Notes: a model not told the origin generated them from the letters alone. A stretch of 64,000 nt of DNA from Candidatus Melainabacteria bacterium 17Bon1m (GCA_032128875.1 JAVLKG010000004.1:224001-288000); one strand, 5' to 3'. Numbered from the stretch's first letter, positions 38,764-50,123 are shown. A program made the numbers and translations.

Positions 38764-40797
38764 CTATTCTCTTATTTCTTGGTGTTTTACGATGTTTATC
38801 ACAGTCACGTTCGGCATTTGTTTTTGTAGTTTTTGAAAGTCTTGCGGGCTCATGTCAGAAATTTGCAGATGCTTGAGATGTTTGAATGACTTTAGTGTAT
38901 CTGCGCATTTTGGCGTGATGTCGCACCCCATAGCGTACAGAGAAGTGAGATTAGTCAGCGGTTTTAAAAGAGCGATTGTTTCATCATTTACTACTTTGTT
39001 GCCGCTAATCGATAAATTGGTGAGGTACTTCATCTTCGCAATCTTCTTTAGATTGTCCACAGTCAGATTATTGTCATCAATTCTTAGATCGCGAATCTTT
39101 GATTCAGGCAGCCTCTCGATCAGCTGTTGTGCGTTAGGAATAGCCTTGCAACTGAGCTGCGTAAGGTATGCAAAACGCTTCATTCCGGCAAGCGATTTGC
39201 CGCTGAATTTACCATGCGAGACTTGTAGCATCGTAAGATTGGGAACAGCATCTATATAGTGGAATGCATTCTCGCTCACATCCATCATGACCTTAATAGA
39301 TTCCAGCCGTGTGAAGCGAGGAATAACGGAAAGCACACTCGGATTTGATTGAAACTCGTCGAGCAGCTCGAGCATTGTAATATCGTCATCTGCGAAACGA
39401 TTGAGAGTGTCTGGAGACTGCATATGCCTTGGCGAGAGTTGGAAGAGCACTGGTGCGTTTTTCGGCAAGCTCATGCGTCCCAGCGCAGGCTGGAAAAACG
39501 AGCGACCAACATTAATCCGGCCAATCGGATTTCCCGGATCACTGGGAAAAGTGAAGATTCGGGTCTTACCGTCCGCACTAATTTTCGAAATTGGCTCGCG
39601 AGAAACTTTTAAAGGCGGTAGCGTTTCTTCAGGATGAGGAGATGTCCATGCGCTCTCGAATGCCTTTTTGTCAGGGACGGCGGCGCTTGTTGGCGGTGGT
39701 GCAAATATCTTGCTTGTAGCAAACCCGAGCAGGAATGCTCCCACGGCAAAAATGGCAACTGCTATGTTTTGCGAGAGAAAGACTTTATTAGAGACCTGCG
39801 CAACGAGCGTTTTTGGTGACGTCTTGAATGATGCAGAATCAGCCGGGTATCCGCTTTCGGTGAACAGTTGATCTATTTGAACCAAGTCGTGCGTAAGTAG
39901 CTGTGCGTTTTGATACCGCTTTTCTGGATCTTTCTCGAGCAATCGTGCAACGAGTCTTTCAATTTCTGGCGGAAAGAAAATTCCCATAGATGCTTCTTTC
40001 AAAGAAAGCGGCTTTTCCATTTGATGCTTCATCATTGTCGAGAGCGCATTCTCGCCAATCATTGGTGGTGCTCCGGTTAGCGCTTCAAACATCGAGCAAC
40101 CGAGGGAATAGAGATCTGTTCTTGTGTCGACCGGAATTCCCAGACATTGCTCAGGGCTCATGTAGAGAGGGCTGCCGAAGATTTCGCCGGTTTTAGTCAG
40201 GGTTTGTTGGTTGAATTCATCAATGCCGGTCAGTTTGGCGATGCCGAGATCTACGACTTTGACCGCGCTTATTAGAGAACCGCTTTCATCCTTGGTGATC
40301 ATGATGTTGCTTGGTTTGAGGTCTCGGTGGATGACTCCGTTTTCGTGTGCGTATGAGAGCGCAAATCCAACCTGAATGAAAACCTTGATGACCTTTGGCA
40401 GAGGCAAGCGCCCTGACTTCTTAATCAGGTCAGCCAGCGTTTCGCCTTTCACCATTTCCATGATGAAAAATGGCTGCCCGTCGGGTAGAAGCCCTGATTC
40501 ATAAACCTTGATCAAATTGGGATGGTCCATTCGACTGGCTGTTTTCGCTTCGTTATCGAAACGCCGCCAGGATGTCTCATCGGATTGCCTTGATAGGACC
40601 TTGAGAGCGAATTCACATCCTGATTCGATATGGCGAATTTGAAAGACACTGCCCATGCCGCCTTTGCCCAGCAGCCCGAGAACTTGGTATCGTTCGAGAA
40701 CTATTGAATCTTTGGCGAAATAGGCGCTGCCATCTGCGGCAACCAACTCAGTGCCGGAAGTTACCTCTTGCCGATCAGAAGTATTCCAGTCAGTCAT
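38764..40797 (-). CDS. Membrane Ser/Thr protein kinase with C-terminal leucine-rich repeats
   Basis: GKGGMG, HRDLKPSN, DLG and YMSPEQ motifs; one TM; LxxLxxLxI repeats. Confidence 0.92.
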   Translation of the reverse strand: MTDWNTSDRQEVTSGTELVAADGSAYFAKDSIVLERYQVLGLLGKGGMGSVFQIRHIESGCEFALKVLSRQSDETSWRRFDNEAKTASRMDHPNLIKVYESGLLPDGQPFFIMEMVKGETLADLIKKSGRLPLPKVIKVFIQVGFALSYAHENGVIHRDLKPSNIMITKDESGSLISAVKVVDLGIAKLTGIDEFNQQTLTKTGEIFGSPLYMSPEQCLGIPVDTRTDLYSLGCSMFEALTGAPPMIGENALSTMMKHQMEKPLSLKEASMGIFFPPEIERLVARLLEKDPEKRYQNAQLLTHDLVQIDQLFTESGYPADSASFKTSPKTLVAQVSNKVFLSQNIAVAIFAVGAFLLGFATSKIFAPPPTSAAVPDKKAFESAWTSPHPEETLPPLKVSREPISKISADGKTRIFTFPSDPGNPIGRINVGRSFFQPALGRMSLPKNAPVLFQLSPRHMQSPDTLNRFADDDITMLELLDEFQSNPSVLSVIPRFTRLESIKVMMDVSENAFHYIDAVPNLTMLQVSHGKFSGKSLAGMKRFAYLTQLSCKAIPNAQQLIERLPESKIRDLRIDDNNLTVDNLKKIAKMKYLTNLSISGNKVVNDETIALLKPLTNLTSLYAMGCDITPKCADTLKSFKHLKHLQISDMSPQDFQKLQKQMPNVTVINIVKHQEIRE

Positions 40798-40801
40798 TGC
40801 G

Positions 40802-42436
40802 CTATTTAGCTAGCGAAACGTGACGCTCCAAAACTTCTGCAAAGAAGTCATCACCTTTGTCGTTGATGACGATGAATGCTGGAAAGTCTTCGATTTCGAT
40901 CTTAAACACAGCTTCCATTCCCAACTCAGGATAGTCGATTGTTTCAACTTTCTTGATCGAGTCTTGTGCCAGTCGAGCGGCTGCACCACCAATAGTGCCT
41001 AAGTAGAAGCCGCCCCATCTGCCGCACGCTTCGCGAACGTTTTTGCCTCTGTTGCCTTTAGCCAACGTAATCAAGCTTGCACCTCTGGACATCAGTAAAT
41101 CAGCATATGAATCCATGCGACCTGCTGTTGTCGGTCCGAAAGAACCTGAAGCATAACCTTCGGGAGTTTTTGCCGGGCCCGCATAATAGATAGGATGCTT
41201 ATAAATGTAATCCGGCAATTCTTTGCCTGATTCAATGACTTCTTTCCATTTCGCGTGGGCGATGTCGCGCGCAACGAGCATAGTTCCGGTCAGCAAAAGA
41301 CGAGTGCCTGGTGGCTTGCCGGAAAGCTTTTTGCGAATTTCTTCCATTGACTCGCTGAGGTCGACTCTGAGAGACTGATCGGGGAGATCTTTCTCTTCTG
41401 TCTCTGGAAGGAAACGCGCCGGGTCTGTTTCGAGCTGTTCGAGCCAGACTCCGTCTTTGTCGATGCGGGCGAGAATTTGTCTGTCCGCGCTGCAAGATAC
41501 GCCCAGACCGATAGGAAGACTGGCGCCGTGGCGTGGCAAGCGAACAACGCGCACGTCGTGGCAGAAATACTTGCCACCGAATTGAGCGCCGATGCCGAGG
41601 TTGCGTGTGATCTCGAGGATTTCCTTTTCAAGTTCCAAGTCCCGGAATGCGCGTCCTGTTTTATCACCTTCTGTGGGCAATGTGTCGAGGTAATGCGTGC
41701 TGGCGAGCTTGACTGTTTTCAGAGTCATCTCTGCCGACAGTCCGCCGATTACTACGGCGAGGTGATAAGGAGGGCAGGCTGATGTGCCGAGTCCAGCGAT
41801 TTTTTCGGTTAGCAGCTTCTTCAGAGATTCAGTGTTGAGCACTGATTTTGTCTCTTGATACAGATAGGTTTTGTTTGCCGACCCACCGCCTTTGGCGATG
41901 AAGAGGAATTCGTACTTGTCGCCCGGATCTGAATAGATTTCAATCTGCGCCGGTAAATTGCTGCCCGTATTTGACTCCTGATACATGGTTATGGGCGCCA
42001 TCTGACTGTAGCGAAGATTGCACTCGTTGTAGGTTTTCTTCACACCATCGGACAGCGCTTGCGCATCGTCCGCTCCGGTGAAGACTTGTTCTCCCTTATG
42101 GGCCATCACAATCGCCGTGCCTGTATCCTGGCACATTGGCAGTGTGCCACCAGCAGCGATGCTGGCGTTTTTCAATAGTTCGAGCGCGACAAACTTATCG
42201 TTGTCGGACGCATCTTTGTCATCAAGGATGCTTTTGAGCATTTCCAGGTGACTGGTGCGCAGCAAGTGGGAGACGTCTGTGAAAGCTTGTTTCGCAAGTT
42301 TTGTCAAAACTTCCGGCTTTACCACCAAGACCTTTTTGCCTTGAAAGGTCTCTTCGGAAATTCCTTCTTTGCCCAAATTCTTGTATTGAGTAGTGTCTTT
42401 TCCGAGTTGGAAAATGCTGCTCACACTTGCGGACAT
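40802..42436 (-). CDS. fumA: Class I (Fe-S) fumarate hydratase
   Basis: PMCQDTG, KGGGSAN, GTSACPP and GPTTAGRMD motifs. Confidence 0.95.
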   Translation of the reverse strand: MSASVSSIFQLGKDTTQYKNLGKEGISEETFQGKKVLVVKPEVLTKLAKQAFTDVSHLLRTSHLEMLKSILDDKDASDNDKFVALELLKNASIAAGGTLPMCQDTGTAIVMAHKGEQVFTGADDAQALSDGVKKTYNECNLRYSQMAPITMYQESNTGSNLPAQIEIYSDPGDKYEFLFIAKGGGSANKTYLYQETKSVLNTESLKKLLTEKIAGLGTSACPPYHLAVVIGGLSAEMTLKTVKLASTHYLDTLPTEGDKTGRAFRDLELEKEILEITRNLGIGAQFGGKYFCHDVRVVRLPRHGASLPIGLGVSCSADRQILARIDKDGVWLEQLETDPARFLPETEEKDLPDQSLRVDLSESMEEIRKKLSGKPPGTRLLLTGTMLVARDIAHAKWKEVIESGKELPDYIYKHPIYYAGPAKTPEGYASGSFGPTTAGRMDSYADLLMSRGASLITLAKGNRGKNVREACGRWGGFYLGTIGGAAARLAQDSIKKVETIDYPELGMEAVFKIEIEDFPAFIVINDKGDDFFAEVLERHVSLAK

Positions 42437-42472
42437 AAGATGCTGACCTCCTTTGAGAAACGCTTGCGGCGC

Positions 42473-44392
42473 TTATTTATCTGCTTTTAGAACAACCATC
42501 GAAAGTGGTGGCAATGTAATTGAGATTGAATAAGGATGACCGTGGTGCTGCCACTCGTCACTATGCAATCCGCCGAAGTTACCCAGTCCGCTGCCACCAT
42601 AATCGGAGGCATCGCTGTTGAGTATTTCGCGATAGAAGGCATGTGATTGCACGCCTATACGGTAGTTGTAGCGCGGCACCGGTGTGAAATTGCAAGCGAC
42701 TACAACTGTTTCGCCAGGCGCTTGTCCTTGTCTGGAGTAGGCAAGAATGCATTGGTCATGATCTTGACAGTCAATCCATGAAAAACCGCGAGGGTCGCAA
42801 TCGAGTTCGAACAGCGCCGGATTTTCTTTGTAGACCCGATTGAGGTCCGACACCCAACGTTGCATACCTGCGTGCAGCGGGTATTCGAGCAAATGCCAAT
42901 CGAGGCTTTGTGCGTCGTTCCACTCAATCCATTGTCCGAATTCGCCGCCCATAAAGAGCAATTTTTTGCCGGGCAAAGTCCATTGATAGCCTAGCAACAG
43001 GCGCAAGTTAGCAAACTTTTGCCAGTGGTCGCCGGGCATCTTGTTCAGCAACGAGCACTTTCCGTGCACTACTTCATCGTGAGAGAGCGGCATTACGAAG
43101 TTTTCTGAAAACTGATAAAGACCGCGGAAAGTGAGATTGTTGTGGTGATAACGGCGATAAATGGGATCGAGCGCCATGTACTTGAGCGTGTCGTTCATCC
43201 AGCCCATGTCCCACTTGAGGCCAAAACCGAGACCACCTAGGTAAGTAGGTCTAGCCACTTGCGGCCAGGCTGTCGATTCTTCGGCAATCATCAGCGCGTG
43301 ATCGTATTTGCTGTAAACGACTTCATTCAGAGTACGCAAAAGTGAAATAGCTTCGAGGTTTTCTCTGCCGCCAAAATCGTTGGCGACCCACTCGCCGTCT
43401 TTACGAGCGTAGTTGAGATAGAGCATCGAGGCTACAGCATCGACTCTCAGTCCATCAATGTGATACTTGTCGAACCAGAAAAGCGCATTGCTGATGAGGA
43501 AGTTTCTTACTTCGTGGCGTCCGAAGTTGAATACGTATGTGCCCCACTCGTGGTGCATGCCCTGACGCGGGTCTGCGTGTTCATAAAGATGTGAGCCGTC
43601 GAAAAGTCCCAGACCGTGTCCATCTTTCGGAAAGTGTGCGGGCACCCAATCGAGAATCACGCCAATGCCTGCTTGATGCAATTTGTCGACGAGGAACATA
43701 AAATCTTCTGGTGTTCCAAATCTGCTGGTGGCGGCAAAGTAGCCTGTGATTTGATAACCCCACGACATATCGAGCGGGTGCTCTGCAACCGGCAAAAATT
43801 CGACGTGCGTGAAACCTGTGTTTTCCAAGTATGCAACGAGCTTGTCTGCGAGTTCTCGGTAAGTCAGCCAGCGGTTTTCTTCTTCTGGCACCAGCATCCA
43901 TGAGCCGAGGTGCACTTCGTAAATGGAGATTGGAGCATCGAGCCCGTTACGCTTCTTGCGCTCCTTTACCCATTTTTCATCGTTCCATTTATATTTGTCG
44001 AGGTCGTAAACGATTGATGCTGTTTTCGGTCTGACTTCATTGAAGAAGCCAAACGGATCAACCTTTTCTGCACCGCCGATTGCATCTGAGGAGATGTGAT
44101 ACTTATACAGCGTGCCTTCCAGCAACCCTGGAATGAATAGAGTCCAAACTCCTGAGCCGCTCATCATTGACATTTTGTTGGCGGACGAATCCCATTTGTT
44201 AAAGTCGCCAATGACGGAAACAGCTTTGGCATTTGGCGCCCAGACAGCAAAGTGCGTGCCTTCTTTTCCGTTGACGGTCGCTTTGTGCGCGCCCATCTTT
44301 TCGTAGATTTTGTAGTTGGTCCCCTCACCAAACAGATGCAAATCGAAGTCTGTGATGATTGGTTCTGAATCCTTTAGCTCTTTTGTAGACAC
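42473..44392 (-). CDS. glgB: 1,4-alpha-glucan branching enzyme
   Basis: FAVWAPNA, SWGYQ, DWVPAHF, DGLRVDAVASM, AEES and LSHDEVVH motifs. Confidence 0.97.
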   Translation of the reverse strand: MSTKELKDSEPIITDFDLHLFGEGTNYKIYEKMGAHKATVNGKEGTHFAVWAPNAKAVSVIGDFNKWDSSANKMSMMSGSGVWTLFIPGLLEGTLYKYHISSDAIGGAEKVDPFGFFNEVRPKTASIVYDLDKYKWNDEKWVKERKKRNGLDAPISIYEVHLGSWMLVPEEENRWLTYRELADKLVAYLENTGFTHVEFLPVAEHPLDMSWGYQITGYFAATSRFGTPEDFMFLVDKLHQAGIGVILDWVPAHFPKDGHGLGLFDGSHLYEHADPRQGMHHEWGTYVFNFGRHEVRNFLISNALFWFDKYHIDGLRVDAVASMLYLNYARKDGEWVANDFGGRENLEAISLLRTLNEVVYSKYDHALMIAEESTAWPQVARPTYLGGLGFGLKWDMGWMNDTLKYMALDPIYRRYHHNNLTFRGLYQFSENFVMPLSHDEVVHGKCSLLNKMPGDHWQKFANLRLLLGYQWTLPGKKLLFMGGEFGQWIEWNDAQSLDWHLLEYPLHAGMQRWVSDLNRVYKENPALFELDCDPRGFSWIDCQDHDQCILAYSRQGQAPGETVVVACNFTPVPRYNYRIGVQSHAFYREILNSDASDYGGSGLGNFGGLHSDEWQHHGHPYSISITLPPLSMVVLKADK

Positions 44393-44488
44393 TCTTTCAT
44401 CTCTCTAAAATTCCAATGCGGCTTATTTTCGCATGTAAGCCGCGCCAATAGTGGAATTGGCGTGTTTTTGCCGTAATAAGAAGTCACG

Positions 44489-45325
44489 TCAAGCAGTTGC
44501 TGTAGCCAATACTGATGACATCGGTATCTTGACCTCGCCCGCATCCTTGTATTCAGCGGCACAGGCGGCTATGGCTGTCTTGATTGCTGTCAGCTTGTCT
44601 TCTTCCTGCGCCCGTAAAAGTCCGCCGGTTCTTGGCGTGCCGGTGAAAAATGCGTAAAAGAGGTCTTCTTCCCTTTTCAAGACCCATGTCATTCTGATTT
44701 CTTGAATTTTGACCGATTTAAAACCAGCCTCAAGCAAGGACTTTCGCATCTCTGCGTGGTCTGAAAACCGGAAGAAAGGGGGACCAACCGGGATTGGCAC
44801 ACTAGAATCGCCATATTGATTGACGGAATCGACCACACGCTTGAATGCGACTGCTTTATCAGGCGTCGACCAAACGGTGAGGGCGAATTTCCCGCCCGGG
44901 CTTGTCACCCGAAAAGCTTCCTTTAATGCCTTTTCCGGCTGTTCTAAATGCAAAAGTCCGAAATTCATTGTCACGAAATCGAAGCTCTTGTCCGCAAAAG
45001 TGAGCGCCTCCGCGTCTCCTTCTTGAAAATCTATGCCTGAGTAAAGCGACTTGGCGCGCTCGACCATTTCATTCGAGAAGTCAACAGCCGTGACTAGATA
45101 TCCTTTCTGTCGAGCGGATTCGGCTACATATCCTGGCCCTGTCGCGATATCCAGAAGTTTGCAGCCTTGATTTTGCCCGCTTGCTCCAAGCGAATTGAGC
45201 ATGGGCTCTATTGTTTGCCGCGTCAGCGAGCCAAAATGGTCATGGTAGCCGCCGGCCACGGCTTCCCAGCCCTCATGCTCGAATTCCTTGAAGGTCTGAT
45301 TTTTAAGGTTGTTCTGATTTGTCAT
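44489..45325 (-). CDS. Class I SAM-dependent methyltransferase
   Basis: LDIATGPG, GDAEAL.F.D.SFD and PGG motifs. Confidence 0.92.
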   Translation of the reverse strand: MTNQNNLKNQTFKEFEHEGWEAVAGGYHDHFGSLTRQTIEPMLNSLGASGQNQGCKLLDIATGPGYVAESARQKGYLVTAVDFSNEMVERAKSLYSGIDFQEGDAEALTFADKSFDFVTMNFGLLHLEQPEKALKEAFRVTSPGGKFALTVWSTPDKAVAFKRVVDSVNQYGDSSVPIPVGPPFFRFSDHAEMRKSLLEAGFKSVKIQEIRMTWVLKREEDLFYAFFTGTPRTGGLLRAQEEDKLTAIKTAIAACAAEYKDAGEVKIPMSSVLATATA

Positions 45326-45528
45326 GCCTGAAGAACCGGTCCTAATTGGTGACTTGGCGCTTTCACGGAAATTTCAGTCGAGTGCCCCATACTTATAGAA
45401 CAGACGTCCCTTCTCGGGTCATCCTTTAAGAGGCGCGACGTCCTTACTAGTCTTTCGGGAACCCCACGACCGAACTCCGGGTCTCAAATCATATAGGCAA
45501 CCCCGGTAGTGCGGCAAAGAAGGTAAAA

Positions 45529-45606
45529 ATGAAGAAGCAGATTATGTTTGTAGGCATCTACACATTGTTCTTGGTAGCCATGCTTCGGAATTTTCTTCCT
45601 CAGTAG
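45529..45606 (+). CDS. Putative 25-aa single-helix membrane peptide
   Basis: MKKQIMFVGIYTLFLVAMLRNFLPQ, preceded by GAAGGT; sits in a 355-nt intergenic gap. Confidence 0.4.
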   Translation: MKKQIMFVGIYTLFLVAMLRNFLPQ

Positions 45607-45680
45607 TTTCAGGTTACTAGAAGTTTTCTATGTGACGGCCCGGTCGCGTGGTATTTGAGCGAGCGCAGCGCTTTCCCGTG

Positions 45681-46574
45681 CTAGACGTCTTCTGCTTCCA
45701 GAATTTTGCGGGCTTCTTGCAATTTCAACTTACGCGCCTTGTCCACTGTCGGATACGCAAGGTCTAAACCGCGCAATGTGTTGCCGACCAGGTGTGCCAC
45801 CACAAGACGTGTAAATGGTTTGTAGTCTGCCGGCACGATATGCCACGGGGCCCATGTGGTGCTGGTCGCGCTCAACGCTTCGTCATAAGCTTGTATGTAC
45901 TGCTTCCAGTGTTCGCGCTCTGATACATCGCTCATCGCGAATTTCCAATTTTTCTCCGGCTTATCTATGCGCTCTAAGAAGCGCTTCAGCTGTTCTTCCT
46001 TCGAGACGTGCAGGAAGATCTTCAGCACGATGATGCCGTTTTCGACTAAATACTTCTCGAAGTTATTGATTTGCTCAAAACGTTGTTTCCAAAGGTTTTT
46101 CAAATTGGTGGTCGGCGGCAATTTTTGTCGCACAATCAATTCTGGATGAACACGAGCGATCAAGACTTCCTCGTAATAGGATCGATTGAAGATGCCGATG
46201 CGGCCCTTCTCCGGGAGAGCTTTCGAGCAACGCCATAGATAGTCGTGATCGAGCTCTTCATCAGAAGGTGGTTTGAAACTCGTTACCTGGCAGCCTTGAG
46301 GATTCAAACCCGACATTACGTGTTTTATGGTGCCATCTTTGCCTGCCGCGTCCATCGCTTGAATAATTACGAGCAGACCGTAGATGTCTTGCGCGTACAG
46401 TTTGTCTTGCAATTCAGCAAGTTCGATGATGCCGTCGGAAAGCATCTCGCGCGCATTTACTTTATTGAGACTCTCTGGACGATAGCTTGGATCGTAGTCT
46501 TTGCTGAGCGAGATTTTTTTGCCGGGCGGTACTTGAATCTTTTTGAGGAGTTTCTGCTCTTCGCCCTTTTTCAT
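45681..46574 (-). CDS. ppk2: Polyphosphate kinase 2 family (class III-like)
   Basis: QAMDAAGKDG, FNRSYYE and PWHIVPAD.K motifs. Confidence 0.93.
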   Translation of the reverse strand: MKKGEEQKLLKKIQVPPGKKISLSKDYDPSYRPESLNKVNAREMLSDGIIELAELQDKLYAQDIYGLLVIIQAMDAAGKDGTIKHVMSGLNPQGCQVTSFKPPSDEELDHDYLWRCSKALPEKGRIGIFNRSYYEEVLIARVHPELIVRQKLPPTTNLKNLWKQRFEQINNFEKYLVENGIIVLKIFLHVSKEEQLKRFLERIDKPEKNWKFAMSDVSEREHWKQYIQAYDEALSATSTTWAPWHIVPADYKPFTRLVVAHLVGNTLRGLDLAYPTVDKARKLKLQEARKILEAEDV

Positions 46575-46618
46575 CGCTTCAATTCCTCAAGTGTCTGATT
46601 GTTCGTGAGTGCGCTGCG

Positions 46619-47632
46619 TCAATAGGACCAGCGCATCAAAGCTGCACCAGCACTAAATCCTGCTCCCACCGAAGCGAACAATACCAGCGAGCCCTTCTTC
46701 AAGCGTCCATCAGCCAAAGCTGATTGCAAGGCAAGCGGAAGAGTTCCTGCTGTAGTGTTGCCGTACTCATCGATGTTTACGACAACTTTGTCCATGTCCA
46801 GACCGATGCGTTCTGCAGAGTAGGTGATGATGCGAAGATTGGCTTGGTGAGGGACAAAAAGGTCAACGTCTTTGCCTGTCAGTCCGTTGCGCTCGAGCAG
46901 TTTTAAACACAGCTCTGACATTTTTCTGGTGGCGAATTTGAATACGACTTGTCCGTCTTGATGGACAAAGTGCATTCTCTTTTCCAAGGTATCTGCACTG
47001 GCCGGATTGCGGCTGCCACCCCCCGGCAGGCAGAGAGCCGGACCGCCTGAGCCGTCGACTTCATAGATGTAGTCGATCATTCCTGGGGTTTCACCATCTT
47101 CGGTGCGCTGTACGACAGCCGCGCCGCCACCATCACCAAATATGATGCAGGTGGTACGGTCAGTGTAATCAATGATTGACGACATTACGTCAAGACCGAT
47201 TACCAGAACATTTTTGTGTGCGCCGGTGGTGACGAATTGGCAAGCAATCTGCAATGCGTACAGGAAGCCGGAGCATGCGATCGAAATGTCGAAGCCCCAG
47301 GCACCGGTGGCGCCGATTTTGTCTTGCACCAGGCAGGCAGTTGCCGGCAGTATCATATCCGGTGTTATGGTGGCAACAATAATAAGCTCGATGTCGGTTG
47401 GTTTGAGTCCAGCCTTTTCGATGGCTTGAATGGCAGCTTCCGCCGCCAAATCAGAAGTGGCAATGCCCTTGTCGGCAAGGTGTCGCTGTTTGATGCCGGT
47501 TCTTTCCGTAATCCACTGGTCGGTGGTATCGACCATTTTCTCCAGGTCGTTGTTCGTTAACAGACCAGGTGGAACGGCAGTTCCGATTGAGACGATTTTT
47601 GCAGCGTATGGACTCTTTAAAGCAGGCGCCAT
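46619..47632 (-). CDS. fabH: 3-oxoacyl-ACP synthase III
   Basis: ACSGF, FGDG, PHQAN.RI and GNT motifs. Confidence 0.96.
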   Translation of the reverse strand: MAPALKSPYAAKIVSIGTAVPPGLLTNNDLEKMVDTTDQWITERTGIKQRHLADKGIATSDLAAEAAIQAIEKAGLKPTDIELIIVATITPDMILPATACLVQDKIGATGAWGFDISIACSGFLYALQIACQFVTTGAHKNVLVIGLDVMSSIIDYTDRTTCIIFGDGGGAAVVQRTEDGETPGMIDYIYEVDGSGGPALCLPGGGSRNPASADTLEKRMHFVHQDGQVVFKFATRKMSELCLKLLERNGLTGKDVDLFVPHQANLRIITYSAERIGLDMDKVVVNIDEYGNTTAGTLPLALQSALADGRLKKGSLVLFASVGAGFSAGAALMRWSY

Positions 47633-47894
47633 TTCTTACCTCGGAACGCTTTATTAGGCTCTTGAAAGGGTCGCTCGGCGCGGCAAAGTAAGTGCCCGCT
47701 AAGCAACTGGGTCATCTATTTTAGGGGATCAGCCCGGACCTTTTAATCACTTTGCGAAGCCGACTTCACAAGCCCATATGGCAAACATGTTTTCTTTTGG
47801 CGCTAAATTGCTCCTATTTCCCTGACCGGCGCCGCATAAAGCGAAATGCGGCCCTTATTAAAGGACCGCAAAACTTACTCAAGCTTCCGAATTT

Positions 47895-48431
47895 TTAAGC
47901 CTGGGCGACTTTGCGGAAGTTAAGGTTTTCCGGCATCAAGCTGCTTGTCTGAATTCGAGCGCTCAATGACGTTTTTGGGATGTGCACGTCCGGTTGTGCC
48001 TTGGTCTCTTCGATTTCCGGTCCGGTCATCTTGTTGTGGATGTAGCCCGAAAGTACTCCCACGCCCAATCCGACAAGTTTTGCGTATGGGCTGCCGCCAG
48101 AAAGAACATATTTGCCGAGCAAACTATAGCCAGCCCAGCCGCCTACCGTCATTCCTGCCCCGACACCCAAACTCTTCAATCCGTTGAAGATGCTTTTGGC
48201 GCGTAGGTCTTGCTCGTTGTTGTGGATAATAAATTCGTCCTCTTTCTCTTCGACAAAGGCTCCCCGTCTGGTTCCATAGAGGCTGTCGTCGACTGTATAT
48301 TTCTTGGCGATTGCCTGCCAATCTTCTAGTTGGACGTCTTTGATAAGGTCTTTGGCTTCCCGGTGGGTGACAATGTCATCACCCTTCGCCTTGTCGAACA
48401 AGGCTATGGCTGCGTTATCAGCTTCGCTCAT
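47895..48431 (-). CDS. Hypothetical protein with two Gly-rich hydrophobic segments
   Basis: 178-aa ORF; GAGGT RBS. Confidence 0.7.
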   Translation of the reverse strand: MSEADNAAIALFDKAKGDDIVTHREAKDLIKDVQLEDWQAIAKKYTVDDSLYGTRRGAFVEEKEDEFIIHNNEQDLRAKSIFNGLKSLGVGAGMTVGGWAGYSLLGKYVLSGGSPYAKLVGLGVGVLSGYIHNKMTGPEIEETKAQPDVHIPKTSLSARIQTSSLMPENLNFRKVAQA

Positions 48432-48652
48432 GGCGGGACCTCAAATTGTGCTGCAAGGGATGCTTAACAATATCTCAGCTCACCGCCTGCCGTCAGTGGG
48501 GAATTTACGAAGCGATGCTTAATCCTCCCGCCTTTTTCGAGGACATTTCTATTTTCGGCTGAAACGCGAGCCGGACAAGCTTTTCGCCCGAGGGGTGACG
48601 GCGTGCTGAAATGTCCTGATATAGTGGATTTTAACCAGCTCAGTGATCCCAA

Positions 48653-50011
48653 ATGCCCAACACAAGCGCTCATGAGAGAGGCAAGGCTGCTTATGCCGCC
48701 GGGCGTTACCTCGAAGCCAATGATGAATACACGCTTGCTGCAGAAGAGATGGCGCAAACCGGTGCGTCCGTTTTAGAAAAGCTCGCTTGTGCTGCGGATC
48801 ATGGGCGAACGCTTCGGCGACTCGGGCGATATGAAAAGGCTGAGTCGGCACTGAAGGCTGCTTTGGATACGTTGCTTTCGTCAGACACCGATTGCGATGT
48901 CTCGAAAGCCAATGCGCTGGAAGAATTAGGGCTAGTCTATATTGAGCAAGCTCGTTTCGAGGATGCTGAAAAGTCCCTGCAGGAAGCACTTTCGATTCGC
49001 AAGGCAAAGCTGGACGAGAATCATGCGGACATGGCCGAATCCTTCAATGATCTAGGTCTTCTCGAATGGAGCCGTGGCGAGGATGCCAAAGCACTGGAGT
49101 TTTACCTGAAGGCGTTGACCATGCGCCGAAAGTCGGTTGGCGAGAAAGACGCCGCATATGCTGAAACGCTCGACAATCTGGGCGCGTTGTACCAAAGGAC
49201 AGATCGCCTGGATGATGCTGAGAAAGCTCATGCTGATGCGCTTTCCATTCGTGAGGCCACTTTGGGTGTTGAACATCCCGAGGTGGGCTACAGCCTGGTC
49301 AACCTTGCCGAGGTCAATCGAAGGAATAATCGCCCCGAAAAGGTCCAGCAGCTATTGGAGCGGGCTATTCAAATTTGGACGAAAAGTCTTGGCGAGGAAC
49401 ACCATCATCTGGCGGTCGCAATCAACAATCTCGGCGGATATTACCTGGAACTCGAAAAATTCGATCAAGCCGCGCCGCTCTTCGAGCGCGCTCTCTCCAT
49501 TCTCGAGAATGCTTTGGGCGCGTCCAATCCCGCACTGATTATTCATGTCTACAATCTTTCTACTGTATATAAGGTTCAGCGCCGTATTAAGGAAGCGATG
49601 GAGCTGGAAGAACGAGCCCACGCTTTGATATTGAAGAAGCTGAGCACGGAGGGCAATTCCGGCACGCAAAACCTGCTCCTTCACGCTCATAGTCTGCAAG
49701 TCGACAATCAGTATGAAAAGGCGCATGGTTATTTGCTTCAAGCCCTGGCAATAGCCGAATCAGAATTCGGCAAACATAGCCTTCGTGCCGCGCACATTCT
49801 GGACTTTCTCGGGACCAACAGCTTAAAAATGAAAGATGCCAATCAATCGGCACAGTATTTCACTCGTAGTCTGTCTATAAAACGCGCACTGCTGCCCGAT
49901 GGACACGAAGACCTCGCCGCCACCGAGCAGAATTTGAAATTTCTCGCTGCGCTGAAAGGCGATAAGACCGCGATGAATATGTTCTTTCCGCCGGATGAGA
50001 GTTTGAATTAA
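48653..50011 (+). CDS. TPR protein (42-aa kinesin-light-chain-like repeats)
   Basis: Repeated A.S.N.LG.L......AE..H..ALSIR...LG..HP. Confidence 0.92.
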   Translation: MPNTSAHERGKAAYAAGRYLEANDEYTLAAEEMAQTGASVLEKLACAADHGRTLRRLGRYEKAESALKAALDTLLSSDTDCDVSKANALEELGLVYIEQARFEDAEKSLQEALSIRKAKLDENHADMAESFNDLGLLEWSRGEDAKALEFYLKALTMRRKSVGEKDAAYAETLDNLGALYQRTDRLDDAEKAHADALSIREATLGVEHPEVGYSLVNLAEVNRRNNRPEKVQQLLERAIQIWTKSLGEEHHHLAVAINNLGGYYLELEKFDQAAPLFERALSILENALGASNPALIIHVYNLSTVYKVQRRIKEAMELEERAHALILKKLSTEGNSGTQNLLLHAHSLQVDNQYEKAHGYLLQALAIAESEFGKHSLRAAHILDFLGTNSLKMKDANQSAQYFTRSLSIKRALLPDGHEDLAATEQNLKFLAALKGDKTAMNMFFPPDESLN

Positions 50012-50123
50012 ACGAAAGATCCAGGGGTTTTTCCTGTGGTTTTTGCATGTCTCAAATTCAAAAATAGATAGTAGGAATCAGTAGTTCGTTTGGTTACTAC
50101 AGTCACGCCGTAGGAGAGCAGCC

